Source: a virus (Duplodnaviria > Caudoviricetes). From it: a stretch of 64,000 nucleotides of DNA. This document shows, in pieces, positions 19,771-30,682 of the stretch (position 1 is the stretch's first letter; each line of letters opens with the position of its first letter). Both the position numbers and the translations under genes were made by a program. Location of the stretch: IMG/VR virus record IMGVR_UViG_3300025011_000016. The stretch is one strand, 5' to 3'. The notes under the pieces were generated by a model. That model saw only the letters and a list, made by a program, of their open reading frames with translations, searched no databases and was not told where the DNA came from.

Positions 19771-21906
19771 ATGAATTATACTGATATCAATGATGCATAC
19801 CATAAAGAGATACTTGATCTAGCATCTAAATTTGACGCACCGAAGTATTATATAAATCGAGAATTGAGTTTTCTTGATTTTAATAAACGGGTGTTACATC
19901 AAGCATTAAGGAAAGAGATTCCATTATTAGAAAAATTAAAGTATCTTGGAATCACTGCTTCAAACTTAGATGAATTTACAATGGTTAGATTTTCATACTT
20001 ATTAAATAAGCTTGATTTAAATAGTGATCAAGAAGAATTGTCAGGTTTAACAGCTATGGAAGAATATGAACAAACTCTTGATGAAATACTTAAATTTAAA
20101 CATCTTCAATTACAGACATATGAAAAGTTAGTCAGTAAGCTCAATAAAAATAACATTCATATTTGTAAATTTAGTGAATTGAGCAGTAAAGAGAAAGGAT
20201 ATGTTGAAAAGTTATTCTCTCGTAATATATACCCATTAATAACTCCTATCACTTATGATACTTCTAAAGAACTTCCTTCACTGAAATCTAGACAACTTAA
20301 TATAGTGGTTTCATTAAAGGATAATCATAATCGAAATCTAGAGGTCATATCATTAATAACCCTAGATAAATCTTTAGATCGAATCTATAAGATAGAAAGT
20401 GATGACATTGAGGAGGATAAATATATCTTATTAGAAGAGATAGTATTTAATTTCCTTCATAGAATATTCATCAATAAAACTATTTTATATAAAGGTTGTA
20501 TGAGGATACTAAAGGAAGCTAATATAGATCTAGATAATGATACGGATATCTATATCACAGATCGTATGAAACAGAATTTACTTCAAAGGGAGTTAAGTCA
20601 ACCAATATTCATGGATGTGACAGAAGATATTCCCAAACACATTCTAAAGTTATTGGTAAATATATTCGATTTAAATAAACGACATATTTTTAAATCGAAT
20701 ATGATATTAAACTTATCATTCCTATCTAATTCACCAATCAAAAATGCTTCATTGGAATATGTCCCATTCAGTCCTCAGTTTCCTCAAGAATTGATAGGTG
20801 AACATGATATGTTTACAGCAATTGATACTAATGATATAATTCTCCACCATCCATATGAGAGTTATTCCCCTGTTGTAAATTTCATTGAACATGCATCTGT
20901 TGATCCAAATGTACTTGCCATTAAGCAAACTCTATATAGAGTATCCTCACCAGATTCACCAATAGTTGAGGCTTTATGTAGAGCTGCTGAGAATGGTAAA
21001 CAAGTTAGTGTATTATTAGAAATAAAGGCTCGTTTTGATGAAGATCGAAATATATCTTTAATTGAAAAATTAAAACTATCTGGATGTAAATTGATCTATG
21101 GAGTCGAGGAATTTAAAACTCATTGTAAATTTATTATTGTAGTTAGGAAAAGTAATAAGGGTTTACGATTATATTCTCATCTCGGAACTGGTAATTATAA
21201 CGATACTACAGCGAAGATATATACCGATCTATCATACTTTACATCTAAGGAAAAGATTGGTGAGGATTTACTGACAGTTTTCAATATACTATCAGGATTT
21301 TCAGAACCAACTATTGAAGTGAATAAGTTATTCTTTTCTCCTTATAATTTAAGAAGTAAGTTATATGAACTAATTGATCGTGAAATAGCTATAGCCAAAG
21401 AAGGTAATAAAGCTTCTATTACTTTCAAATTAAATTCATTATCTGATAAGGGGATGATTAAGAAACTTTATAAAGCATCCGAGGCTGGAGTTAAAATTAA
21501 TCTCATATGTAGAGGAATTTGCTCAATGAAAGCTATTAACAAGAATATATCCATTAGAAGTATTGTGGGTAGATTCTTAGAGCATAGTCGAATATATTAT
21601 TTCTACAATTCAAATAAACCATTGTTATTTATATCCAGTGCCGATTTATTAACTCGTAATTTAAATAAGAGATTTGAATTATTAATTCCATTAACTGACG
21701 CTGAGGTTAGAAGTAAACTATTAAATATACTAGATTCATATTTTAAAGATAACTTCAATACTTATTTAATGGATGATAAAGGATGTTATAAGTTACTTAA
21801 AGATACCAATGTTTTTAACATTCATGAGTACTTTATGAATAGGGCTATAGAGAATTACAAGCTAAAGAATATACCTAAGATGAGTTTTAAGAAAAAGAAA
21901 AAGTAA
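19771..21906 (+). CDS. ppk1: polyphosphate kinase 1
   Basis: YINRELSFLDFNKRVL, HHPYES, KARFDE, KTHCK, HLGTGNYN, LEHSRIY, SADLLTRNL. Confidence 0.95.
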   Translation: MNYTDINDAYHKEILDLASKFDAPKYYINRELSFLDFNKRVLHQALRKEIPLLEKLKYLGITASNLDEFTMVRFSYLLNKLDLNSDQEELSGLTAMEEYEQTLDEILKFKHLQLQTYEKLVSKLNKNNIHICKFSELSSKEKGYVEKLFSRNIYPLITPITYDTSKELPSLKSRQLNIVVSLKDNHNRNLEVISLITLDKSLDRIYKIESDDIEEDKYILLEEIVFNFLHRIFINKTILYKGCMRILKEANIDLDNDTDIYITDRMKQNLLQRELSQPIFMDVTEDIPKHILKLLVNIFDLNKRHIFKSNMILNLSFLSNSPIKNASLEYVPFSPQFPQELIGEHDMFTAIDTNDIILHHPYESYSPVVNFIEHASVDPNVLAIKQTLYRVSSPDSPIVEALCRAAENGKQVSVLLEIKARFDEDRNISLIEKLKLSGCKLIYGVEEFKTHCKFIIVVRKSNKGLRLYSHLGTGNYNDTTAKIYTDLSYFTSKEKIGEDLLTVFNILSGFSEPTIEVNKLFFSPYNLRSKLYELIDREIAIAKEGNKASITFKLNSLSDKGMIKKLYKASEAGVKINLICRGICSMKAINKNISIRSIVGRFLEHSRIYYFYNSNKPLLFISSADLLTRNLNKRFELLIPLTDAEVRSKLLNILDSYFKDNFNTYLMDDKGCYKLLKDTNVFNIHEYFMNRAIENYKLKNIPKMSFKKKKK

Positions 21907-21944
21907 GTGTGTAAGGCTATAAAAAGCCTTACACATATTTTTTT
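21907..21944. terminator. terminator between convergent ppk1 and holin-like genes
   Basis: GTGTAAGGCT...AGCCTTACAC plus a T run. Confidence 0.75.
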
Positions 21945-22425
21945 AGATCTCCCTCGATACTTCATCTAATTGATCTTGAGTTATATACCCTTTCTCAACC
22001 AATATAGCACCAATCTTTTTTTTATTAGCAATACAATAACAATCAGTTCGCATTTTATATAATACCATCTTATACTCAGTTAATTGACTTATAAATTCAA
22101 TATATCGTTTAGATGATAATTCATCTTGTTTGATAAATAATTCCAACATATCATGTCGGTCTGTAATCCCAATTCCCAATCTATTCGTTATTTCATTAAA
22201 TGATTGCGTGATATGGGCATTTTGATTATTTAGAGTTTGTAGTAAAGCTGCCAGTAAATCTTTAAGGTCATCAAAAGAATCATTCTTCTGTGTTACTAAA
22301 TTAGTTATAAGAAGTTCAAATTGTTTACTTTGTTTGTTAAATAAATTATATGCTACTGTTATAAATACAAAACAAATGACTCCTAAAGCTCCATACTGTA
22401 AGAACGGTTCAATGGTTGGCATCAT
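21943..22425 (-). CDS. holin-like membrane protein with a C-terminal MshEN-like motif
   Basis: N-terminal TM YGALGVICFVFI, coiled coil, then KIGAILVEKGYITQDQL. Confidence 0.5.
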   Translation of the reverse strand: MMPTIEPFLQYGALGVICFVFITVAYNLFNKQSKQFELLITNLVTQKNDSFDDLKDLLAALLQTLNNQNAHITQSFNEITNRLGIGITDRHDMLELFIKQDELSSKRYIEFISQLTEYKMVLYKMRTDCYCIANKKKIGAILVEKGYITQDQLDEVSREI

Positions 22426-22437
22426 TAATCGCCCCTT

Positions 22438-23016
22438 TTAAATATCAAATACAGTTCCCCTCAATACCTGTTCCAATTCACCATTTAAATCATTAATAGT
22501 CTTTTCAGCATCAATAATGGTTAATCTGAAAGCAAATAGTAATATATCTAAAGATGCAGCAATTTTTTCATATGGTGAGTCATAAAAACAACTTTCACCA
22601 ATGGACTTTAAAGCTTCAAATGCAATTTCAATATGACATGAATGCCATTCTCTAAATTTATCTATGAATATAATAGGTATATATTTACGGACAGCTTCCT
22701 CTTCATATTCAGAAATACAATCAAGAAATACTTTCTTTATATTTACATCATTAGTATTACTATCAACAGTATTTATGTAATCTAAGAAATTCTTCTCAAA
22801 TATATTGAATTTAATCTTTAGAAATTTACTAATGACCCTCTTCTTTATCTTATTCTGTACAGGTATATTATCAATTTCCACATTTATCCAGTAATTTATT
22901 AATATAAAAAATTGATGATTTTTCAATCTTTTATATTTACTGGAACGATTTAAGCCTAGGAAGGAACATAGATCTCTAAATGGTTTTAGAATATTCATTA
23001 AACTCACCCCACTCAT
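22438..23016 (-). CDS. hypothetical protein
   Basis: ORF track. Confidence 0.6.
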   Translation of the reverse strand: MSGVSLMNILKPFRDLCSFLGLNRSSKYKRLKNHQFFILINYWINVEIDNIPVQNKIKKRVISKFLKIKFNIFEKNFLDYINTVDSNTNDVNIKKVFLDCISEYEEEAVRKYIPIIFIDKFREWHSCHIEIAFEALKSIGESCFYDSPYEKIAASLDILLFAFRLTIIDAEKTINDLNGELEQVLRGTVFDI

Positions 23017-23100
23017 TTATTTTATATTTATTATAATGTTAATTCATAATAAACAGAATTCATAGAGTTTATTGATAAACTCTATGAATTCTGTTGTGTA

Positions 23101-23661
23101 TTACATATGAGCCACATAAAGATCAGTAAACTCAACTTCAGCAGATGGTTGTAGTTTAGTTATAATAATCTTTACACCAATAGCCCAATTAGATGTCGTT
23201 TTAATGTTATTAGTGAATCCATAAAAAAGCCCATATGAATATTCAGTACTCATTGTTTCCCATGTGGGGACTTCATCAAGAGCATTATTGCATACTTGTA
23301 TTTCGTAAGATAAATTTAGTGGATCAGTAACAATCTTTCTATCAATAACTTTAATCCTTTTTCGTTTATCGTATGTAACAACAGGATTCATAATAAAAGT
23401 TAAACTGGGTGATGCTGAAATCATTAGTTTACCAGGAATGAAAACTCCGCTGATTAAATCAATACTATCGAGACTATCCATATTAATAGTATATATATGA
23501 TTCATTTTAAATGGCTTTGTAATATAAGCAGGCATATTCATTACTAGTGTAAGTAAATCATCAATAATACCATCCTGATTAGTATTAACCAGTGATGTTA
23601 AGATATTTGCTAATCCTAGATTATTCTGTATTTTTTTTATAAATTTAAAAGTAGCGGACAT
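23101..23661 (-). CDS. putative structural protein
   Basis: ORF in the late-type minus-strand cluster. Confidence 0.5.
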   Translation of the reverse strand: MSATFKFIKKIQNNLGLANILTSLVNTNQDGIIDDLLTLVMNMPAYITKPFKMNHIYTINMDSLDSIDLISGVFIPGKLMISASPSLTFIMNPVVTYDKRKRIKVIDRKIVTDPLNLSYEIQVCNNALDEVPTWETMSTEYSYGLFYGFTNNIKTTSNWAIGVKIIITKLQPSAEVEFTDLYVAHM

Positions 23662-24329
23662 GTCGCATCAACCACCTTAATATAATCTTCCGATAAAACT
23701 AAAATGCTATGCACTATATTTTTAACCACACGATCAATAATAATATTAGAATTTCGTACAATAGATATCTCTGTTAATGACATGGTATAATCGACTGGGT
23801 TAGCGGTCAGAGGTAATAATTTTACTGGTTCCAGAACGAATATATTATTTTCTGATAATACCGACACTAATGAATATGATAGCGGAGTATCAACCCCATT
23901 AGTTATAGTAAAGGACATCCTTATAGATGGCTCAACCTCAATTAAAGTTTGATCCCCAACAACTTCAACACAATCCATATCTATACTAATAAGTATTTTA
24001 ACTGGAATATTTGTTATAATGTATGGTTCTAAAAGTAAATTAGATTCATCTAGGATAACCTCAGGTAATTCTATATCACTCAATTCAAGAGAATATAGAT
24101 TACCATCAATATTCAGATTATATGCAACGAATGTTGTATTATCAATATGATTTCTAAGTCTTGTTAAACTGTCGTATGATATAACGTTACCATCAACAGT
24201 CTTAAGTAAAATCTGCCCAGAGGCTTTATGGATCATTAATTCTTGAGGTACTGCATCATCTTTATATTCACGGGACAGTAATGATACTGCAAATCTATTC
24301 AGTAATGTCATAATTCCACTCCTATTCAT
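23637..24329 (-). CDS. putative structural protein
   Basis: ORF; AACA-N6-TA upstream. Confidence 0.5.
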   Translation of the reverse strand: MNRSGIMTLLNRFAVSLLSREYKDDAVPQELMIHKASGQILLKTVDGNVISYDSLTRLRNHIDNTTFVAYNLNIDGNLYSLELSDIELPEVILDESNLLLEPYIITNIPVKILISIDMDCVEVVGDQTLIEVEPSIRMSFTITNGVDTPLSYSLVSVLSENNIFVLEPVKLLPLTANPVDYTMSLTEISIVRNSNIIIDRVVKNIVHSILVLSEDYIKVVDATCPLLLNL

Positions 24330-24387
24330 TATTGTTTTTTATACTATTGTTTGATAATAGTAAAGTAAAGAAATTTACTTAGTTATA

Positions 24388-27018
24388 TTAAAGAGTAGTA
24401 ATAGTGGGAAAAATATTCATAATGATATTTGAACCGACACCATCATCTGGATTCATTAATAATACTTTATCGGGTGAGAATATAAACGGGTATTCATTAA
24501 TAATATCTTGTGAAAATACTCCAGTTATATCTGGATTTATAAACATATTTGAATTCATAATAAGTAAATAGAAATCATATAATTGAGGGCCTCTTTTATC
24601 AATAAGATCAGTTATCATATCGTCGAGTATATCGTTGATTACTGGACGAATAGCAGTCATTGACGTTCCTATTGTTGGTATATTATCCCATAGAGTATCT
24701 GATACTGATACTGGATTTGGCCCCATTGGTAATAATTCATCTTCAATAACCCTTTCAAAAACAGTAAAGTTCTTAAGAGTAATAACATTTTTCACAAATA
24801 TTTTTGTTGGTGAAAGTATATCAATATTATTTTTATTTAGTCTATAACCATTCAGATAAGCATCATACCATTTTAAATCAAAAGGTTTAGTTATGAAACC
24901 TTTCATATCAACAAATCCATTTTGAGGTATAATTTCTTGATAAAAGATCTGTCTATATTTAGTTGGCGTATATTCAACGATATATTTATCACCTATCTGT
25001 ACAACAATATTAGTTGTTACACGATAATCATCACCCGCGTATTTTGGAAAAGCAACATTAAATAACTCAGTCATCATCAATTGACCATTTCTGAATAATC
25101 TAAAATTACGTGGATCATTATTCACTATTTCATTAGAACTAAATGTGGATACATTAAATATATTATCAACATTAGTTATTTCAAATTCATGAGTAAAAGC
25201 AATCTTATTAATATATAATGTCAAATCTTGACCAAGTAAATTAGTATCCGCAATTCTTAATTTGAAATCAGTTAGATTAAATGATGAGGTTTTATCTAAA
25301 TCTATCAGTTCACCGTTGGTTTCAATTGATATAATAAGTGATGTTGGATCTACATATACTCCACCGTTAGAATTATTTATAATAAATATATCATTTATCA
25401 TTACTTCCATATCAGATTTCAGTATTGTGATATCTATTACATCTTCAATTGAAGCGAAACTTAAATTGGTATTAAAAGAGAAACTTTCAGGTTTTTCCAA
25501 TTCGATAATAGAATTTTGTGTTATTAAAGTTACTGGGATATAGTAATAATTATAATCATTATCTACATTAAATTTATCTGGAGTATATAATAACCCATCT
25601 ATAAAAAATTTTAGATCGGTTAAATCATTTGAATACCCATTACCTAATATAAATAAATAACGGGGTTCCAGAAAATCCTCTTGTTCAGACACAACACTTA
25701 TCTCTTGTCTATTATCCAATCTATATTTAGAAGCTAAATCCATAGTGGATACATCAAGATATGATCCAGTTCCATTCGTTAATTGTTTGAATAGATATGA
25801 TTTTAATATCTCACTATTTTGATTACACCAAGCTTGAAATTTATCAAGTTTGTATCTTAAAGGATCAGAAGCTGTATCTGTAAAGTCTTTAATATCATAT
25901 ACAAATTCTATCGGAGAGAAATTCTTTATAATGTCAGGTATGGTACTATCTTTATATTTATCTAAGATATTCGTACTTGCATTATAATATAGAGCTAACT
26001 CATTTTGATAACTTAGAGTTACAACATTAGGGGTATCGTCAGAATATAATACAAAGAAGGTTAAGTCATTATCAGCAGTATTTCCAATTACTTCATAAAT
26101 GTTAGGATAATATAATCTTAGAGTTATATCATGAGCAAAATATTTTATTTCATTGATAGTTTTAAATATCAAGATGTTTTCTACTGGAATGGGCATATTT
26201 TGAATTGGTATATCAAAATATTTTGTCGCTCCAGTAATATCAATCTTCTTTAGAAGATGTGGTATACCAAAAACATTTAAATGCACGTATCGATTATCAA
26301 ATGTATTCTGAGCACTACTATAGAATTTAAGTATTCCTGTCGATTTAACTACATTGGCAATTATAGCTGAGAATTTCAGATTTAATGTATTTATATAATT
26401 AATATAATTTGTCGATGTATCAATATGAGTACCTAAGCTTAATTCAGGTAAAGTTAAATTATTCTTATATTTTTGTAATACTGTATTGTCAGTATTATAT
26501 ACGTTATACGCACAATTTGGTAAAAATAAAATAGTTACTTTTGAATTAGCACTCACTAACGTATTAAAATATGTTTGAGTGATCACAGTATCTATATTAA
26601 ATATTATATAGGTTACATCATCTTTAACCGTTATTGTGGCGGAATCAAAAAACTTACCTTCGATAAAGACTAAAAATGTATATGAGAAAATATCAGAGTT
26701 GGAAACAGTATCAAATACTCCTATTTCTTTATTATAAAACTTAGAATTTTTATACCTTTTTTTGTTTTGATTTGATACAAAATCAAAATCTATAGTCCTA
26801 ATGTATTTCTTAGGATATGTTACACGATCTTTATATGGATTCATCAATAATAAATCACTCATTAGTAAATCAATTCGCTTATATCCAATTAATTGAAGTT
26901 GGGTTGAATAAAGATACTTAAATGAATTTATTTTAACTTCATTTATAGTATCTTCCAACATATCTAAATTAAATGTACCGTTGGTATATAACTGTTTCTC
27001 AAGATCACTTAACGTCAT
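24388..27018 (-). CDS. large putative virion structural protein
   Basis: 876 aa, beta-rich; AACA-N6-TA upstream. Confidence 0.55.
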   Translation of the reverse strand: MTLSDLEKQLYTNGTFNLDMLEDTINEVKINSFKYLYSTQLQLIGYKRIDLLMSDLLLMNPYKDRVTYPKKYIRTIDFDFVSNQNKKRYKNSKFYNKEIGVFDTVSNSDIFSYTFLVFIEGKFFDSATITVKDDVTYIIFNIDTVITQTYFNTLVSANSKVTILFLPNCAYNVYNTDNTVLQKYKNNLTLPELSLGTHIDTSTNYINYINTLNLKFSAIIANVVKSTGILKFYSSAQNTFDNRYVHLNVFGIPHLLKKIDITGATKYFDIPIQNMPIPVENILIFKTINEIKYFAHDITLRLYYPNIYEVIGNTADNDLTFFVLYSDDTPNVVTLSYQNELALYYNASTNILDKYKDSTIPDIIKNFSPIEFVYDIKDFTDTASDPLRYKLDKFQAWCNQNSEILKSYLFKQLTNGTGSYLDVSTMDLASKYRLDNRQEISVVSEQEDFLEPRYLFILGNGYSNDLTDLKFFIDGLLYTPDKFNVDNDYNYYYIPVTLITQNSIIELEKPESFSFNTNLSFASIEDVIDITILKSDMEVMINDIFIINNSNGGVYVDPTSLIISIETNGELIDLDKTSSFNLTDFKLRIADTNLLGQDLTLYINKIAFTHEFEITNVDNIFNVSTFSSNEIVNNDPRNFRLFRNGQLMMTELFNVAFPKYAGDDYRVTTNIVVQIGDKYIVEYTPTKYRQIFYQEIIPQNGFVDMKGFITKPFDLKWYDAYLNGYRLNKNNIDILSPTKIFVKNVITLKNFTVFERVIEDELLPMGPNPVSVSDTLWDNIPTIGTSMTAIRPVINDILDDMITDLIDKRGPQLYDFYLLIMNSNMFINPDITGVFSQDIINEYPFIFSPDKVLLMNPDDGVGSNIIMNIFPTITTL

Positions 27019-27080
27019 AATATATCACCCTTTCTTTTGCATATCATTAATAGTATGTTGAAATAAATAATAATCCCCAT

Positions 27081-27127
27081 AAAAAAGAAAGTGTAATGAG
27101 AGTTTTATTCTCATTACACTTTCTTTT
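27081..27127 (-). terminator. terminator after the endolysin
   Basis: Long inverted repeat AAAGAAAGTGTAATGAGA...TCTCATTACACTTTCTTT. Confidence 0.75.
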
Positions 27128-27132
27128 AATTG

Positions 27133-28173
27133 TTAAAATTTAGTGAATTTACCATTGTATTGTACATAACCACTCTTCGTATTAACGCCCTTTACGGTTG
27201 TATATACAACATGTAATTTACCATTCTTTCTATATAAGGGGGTTGCTGATTCCCCTGGCTCCAGTCTTCCTATGGTTGATCCAACATTATCATATACAGT
27301 TTCGCTACTCGAACCATTTTCCCATTGATTTTGAAAGTAATAGTTGATATTTGATGATAATTTAATATACCCGCTTCTTACAACACCAGAACTTGTGGGA
27401 TATTCTACTAAAGCCAATTGTTTAGAATAACTTACATCTAAAACTGTAATATTATCACCGTTTGATACATATCGTCCAGATAATATATTACCGTTTATAT
27501 CGCGAATGGGTAAGTCCGAATTAATACATTTTGCATTATTATCATATGAAAAGTTTGATGGTGTAGTATGAGTTAATGTAATTATTGATGATGGTTGAAT
27601 ATTGATAGTTCCATTATAATTAATGCCTAAAAAATTCAACACACCTTTTGCAATGGCAACTGCTGCAATATCCATCTTAGCTAAAATTACAGCCTCTTCA
27701 CTATCAATAAATCCATATTCTACAAGACATGCACTCGTTATAGTTTTGTCGAATTTACGAGTAACATATAAATTACTTATTTTAACCCCACGATCTATCA
27801 TTTCTAAGAGAGATGCCATTTGACTCTGAATACTTTCTGCTAACCGATAATCACTCCCAGCGCTTTTATAACAGTGGGTTTCATTCCCCTTTGCTTGCGT
27901 ATTAAAACTATTATTGTGTAAACTTACAAATACATCAGGATTAAATTGTTTTGCAATTGTAATTCGATTTAATAGATCGACATTTACATCAAAAACACCA
28001 GAACAAAAATCTTTATCTGTTGTTCTGGTGTAATGGATATTCATATCATGTTGTTGAAGTATTTTACCAACTTTTAATCCTAGTATTAAATTGTTATTTT
28101 TTTCATAAGTTGTTTTTCCAAGGGCTCCAGGATCTCTACCCCCATGCCCAATATCAAGTACTACATTATACAT
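27133..28173 (-). CDS. N-acetylmuramoyl-L-alanine amidase (Amidase_3) endolysin with SH3-like cell-wall-binding domains
   Basis: VVLDIGHGG.DPGA, FVSLHNN, LVEYGFID; C-terminal SH3-like repeats. Confidence 0.92.
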   Translation of the reverse strand: MYNVVLDIGHGGRDPGALGKTTYEKNNNLILGLKVGKILQQHDMNIHYTRTTDKDFCSGVFDVNVDLLNRITIAKQFNPDVFVSLHNNSFNTQAKGNETHCYKSAGSDYRLAESIQSQMASLLEMIDRGVKISNLYVTRKFDKTITSACLVEYGFIDSEEAVILAKMDIAAVAIAKGVLNFLGINYNGTINIQPSSIITLTHTTPSNFSYDNNAKCINSDLPIRDINGNILSGRYVSNGDNITVLDVSYSKQLALVEYPTSSGVVRSGYIKLSSNINYYFQNQWENGSSSETVYDNVGSTIGRLEPGESATPLYRKNGKLHVVYTTVKGVNTKSGYVQYNGKFTKF

Positions 28174-28294
28174 ATATTATCACCATCCTTCTAATAGTTT
28201 ATAAATTAATTTTTAATTATTATGTCACATAATGCGTCTACTGTTCATTAACGATTTATCACGTTCATTTGTAACCATATCAACACCCTTTAAT

Positions 28295-30034
28295 TTAATT
28301 CTCATACACTAATATCTTAGGACTTACGATCATATCAACAGTTTGACCATTTAAAACCTTAACGCTAATCCCCGTTACCTCTGTATCCACTGTAAAATAA
28401 TTATAAATTTCGTTTATGCCAGACATTACGACCGTTGTACCTGTTTTAAAAATATTCAGCGTGGCCATTGGTGAGCCGACAGCCATCACCTTATGATTTT
28501 TAGGTATGGTGAAAACACTCTCCCCACCATAAGCACCGATGAACCAGAAAGTTGTGTCAGCGATTGCAGTACCTGTCATTTGATATACTCCTGGCTTTAA
28601 AAGTTTAACTGTGATTCCTGTTGTCGTAACTGGCACGACAATTGTAAAATCAGGAGTAATATCATAATAATAATCCCGAAAATTAACCCTGTTTAATACT
28701 ATTTGGTTATACTCCGTTGTGGATAAATCAATTAACTTAGTTGTGTGTAAACCATCAACAGAAGCCACAATATTGTTATTTTTAAAGGTATTGGTTGAAA
28801 TATAAAGCCCTGTTTGTTCATAAATGGCCCCAAAATTAGTATTGTTTTTACAAATAATAGTCACTTGATTTTCTTTTCCGTCTACAAAAACAGCACCATA
28901 TGTCATTGGATTGTTACCCATATTATTTCTATCGCAAATAATATCAAGTTGGTTTTGTATTGCGCCAGTTAGCAACACGCCAGCATAATAATTTTCCTGT
29001 GCTTCAATACAGGAATACTGTGAGGTTGTAGAAGCAATAATAATACCTGGTTTTGCGTTTGCATAATTCCCTGAAAACCATACCTTAACATTACTAACCT
29101 TAGTGTTTCCTCCGCCAAAATACGCGCCCTCTGTCCCGCCAGTAACACCGCAATTGGAAACATAGATACCATTAAGTGTACCGTCATACCCACCATAATA
29201 TAGACCCTGTTTATCGCATAGATCAATATATATGTCTTTAAGATTGGGTATTAAGCATCGACCGTTTACATAAATGCCTTCTAACGCGAAGTTTTGTAAA
29301 TATAAATCTTTGACATAGCACGTACCCACAATATAATTTGCGTCATTAGTATCGTAAAGAATACCTCTAGCAACTGCACCATTAGCTTTATTACCGTCCA
29401 AGACTAACTTACTAAGACTAACATACCATGTATATTTATAAAATTTAAAAATGGCATCAATCGTTGCACCATCTTTAACTTTAATTCTCCGGCCCTTGTT
29501 ATCAGATGTAATATTATAAAAATCATTAATAAGTATAACTTGTGAAACGATTACATCTGAATTTAATTTTAGTTCAAGTCTGTTTGATGCAATAAAACTC
29601 AAAGCTTTTAAAAATTGCGTTGTATCATCAACCAGACCTGTAATACCAAATTGTTTTGTATTGATACTATCCGCAACCATTAGTCCTGCGAATATTAACC
29701 CTGTAATATGGTGATATGATCCACCATCGTCGACAAAAGGGCCACTCACAATCCTGTACTTTGCCCCTCCACCATCGGCAACGGATAAATAACCATGAGT
29801 TGTAACAATAGTCCCTACACTTAAACTAGTGTCAGATTTCATGTCAGCAACGGTTTTGTAATACGTATTCTCCGCCTTATGCGCATCAAGACTACTTTGT
29901 TTAGCCAATTCAATATTTCCATCAGGTCCACCTATAAAGGGCCTTTTTGTATCGGTAGTGAGTGCCAATTCGGATACTGGTAATATTGGTAAGTTAACTT
30001 CTAAACCTCTTTTATGTTGAATTCTTCTAGCCAT
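28295..30034 (-). CDS. tailspike/depolymerase with pectate-lyase-like beta-helix
   Basis: N-terminal MARRIQHKRG...ELA.TTDT anchor; DGGGA motif; NTKQFG....DDT..; G/N/I-rich repeats. Confidence 0.8.
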   Translation of the reverse strand: MARRIQHKRGLEVNLPILPVSELALTTDTKRPFIGGPDGNIELAKQSSLDAHKAENTYYKTVADMKSDTSLSVGTIVTTHGYLSVADGGGAKYRIVSGPFVDDGGSYHHITGLIFAGLMVADSINTKQFGITGLVDDTTQFLKALSFIASNRLELKLNSDVIVSQVILINDFYNITSDNKGRRIKVKDGATIDAIFKFYKYTWYVSLSKLVLDGNKANGAVARGILYDTNDANYIVGTCYVKDLYLQNFALEGIYVNGRCLIPNLKDIYIDLCDKQGLYYGGYDGTLNGIYVSNCGVTGGTEGAYFGGGNTKVSNVKVWFSGNYANAKPGIIIASTTSQYSCIEAQENYYAGVLLTGAIQNQLDIICDRNNMGNNPMTYGAVFVDGKENQVTIICKNNTNFGAIYEQTGLYISTNTFKNNNIVASVDGLHTTKLIDLSTTEYNQIVLNRVNFRDYYYDITPDFTIVVPVTTTGITVKLLKPGVYQMTGTAIADTTFWFIGAYGGESVFTIPKNHKVMAVGSPMATLNIFKTGTTVVMSGINEIYNYFTVDTEVTGISVKVLNGQTVDMIVSPKILVYEN

Positions 30035-30669
30035 TAAAATGTACCCCCGTCTATCGTTTGCTCATCATTAACATCACCGAACATTCCAGCATCAATATCA
30101 GATTCACTTGTGTCTATATCTATCCCAACAGGTATATTTTTTAAGATAATCATTGCAATAGTTGTACTATCGGCAAGTATTCCACTTATTAAAGTCGAAT
30201 CGGTAAATCTAATAAAACCATTTACTGAAGGGGATCTAGTTGCACTAGTTAAAGTATATTTATCTGAAGTTATAAAAGTTGTATTTTTATAAACTATAAT
30301 AGTATCCATGTCTTTATCATAGGTTGGTAAAGGTATTGTAAAAATAGTTTGTCCGTCAGTTTCTGTTGGTACAGCATAATTATAAGATACTAATCTAGAA
30401 AGTTTATTATCAATTAGTGAAGTATTTACAATATCCCAATTACTATTATTAAAAGCTCCTGTAGTTCCATTATATTTACATTTATAGATAATATGTTTAT
30501 TTGTATCAGTATCAAACATATAAACAAATTGATCCATGTTATAAACGTTATTAGGGGTAAAATCCGTGACATCCCCTATATCTGAGAATATAAAATCGGA
30601 AATAAGACTGATTATGTTGTTAGTATCAACTTTTTTTAAATGTCCCTTTAGAATATCAATACTTTTCAT
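30034..30669 (-). CDS. tail-associated protein
   Basis: Adjacent to the tailspike; GQT.FTIP and DGG.F motifs. Confidence 0.5.
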   Translation of the reverse strand: MKSIDILKGHLKKVDTNNIISLISDFIFSDIGDVTDFTPNNVYNMDQFVYMFDTDTNKHIIYKCKYNGTTGAFNNSNWDIVNTSLIDNKLSRLVSYNYAVPTETDGQTIFTIPLPTYDKDMDTIIVYKNTTFITSDKYTLTSATRSPSVNGFIRFTDSTLISGILADSTTIAMIILKNIPVGIDIDTSESDIDAGMFGDVNDEQTIDGGTF

Positions 30670-30682
30670 ATTTTAATACCTC

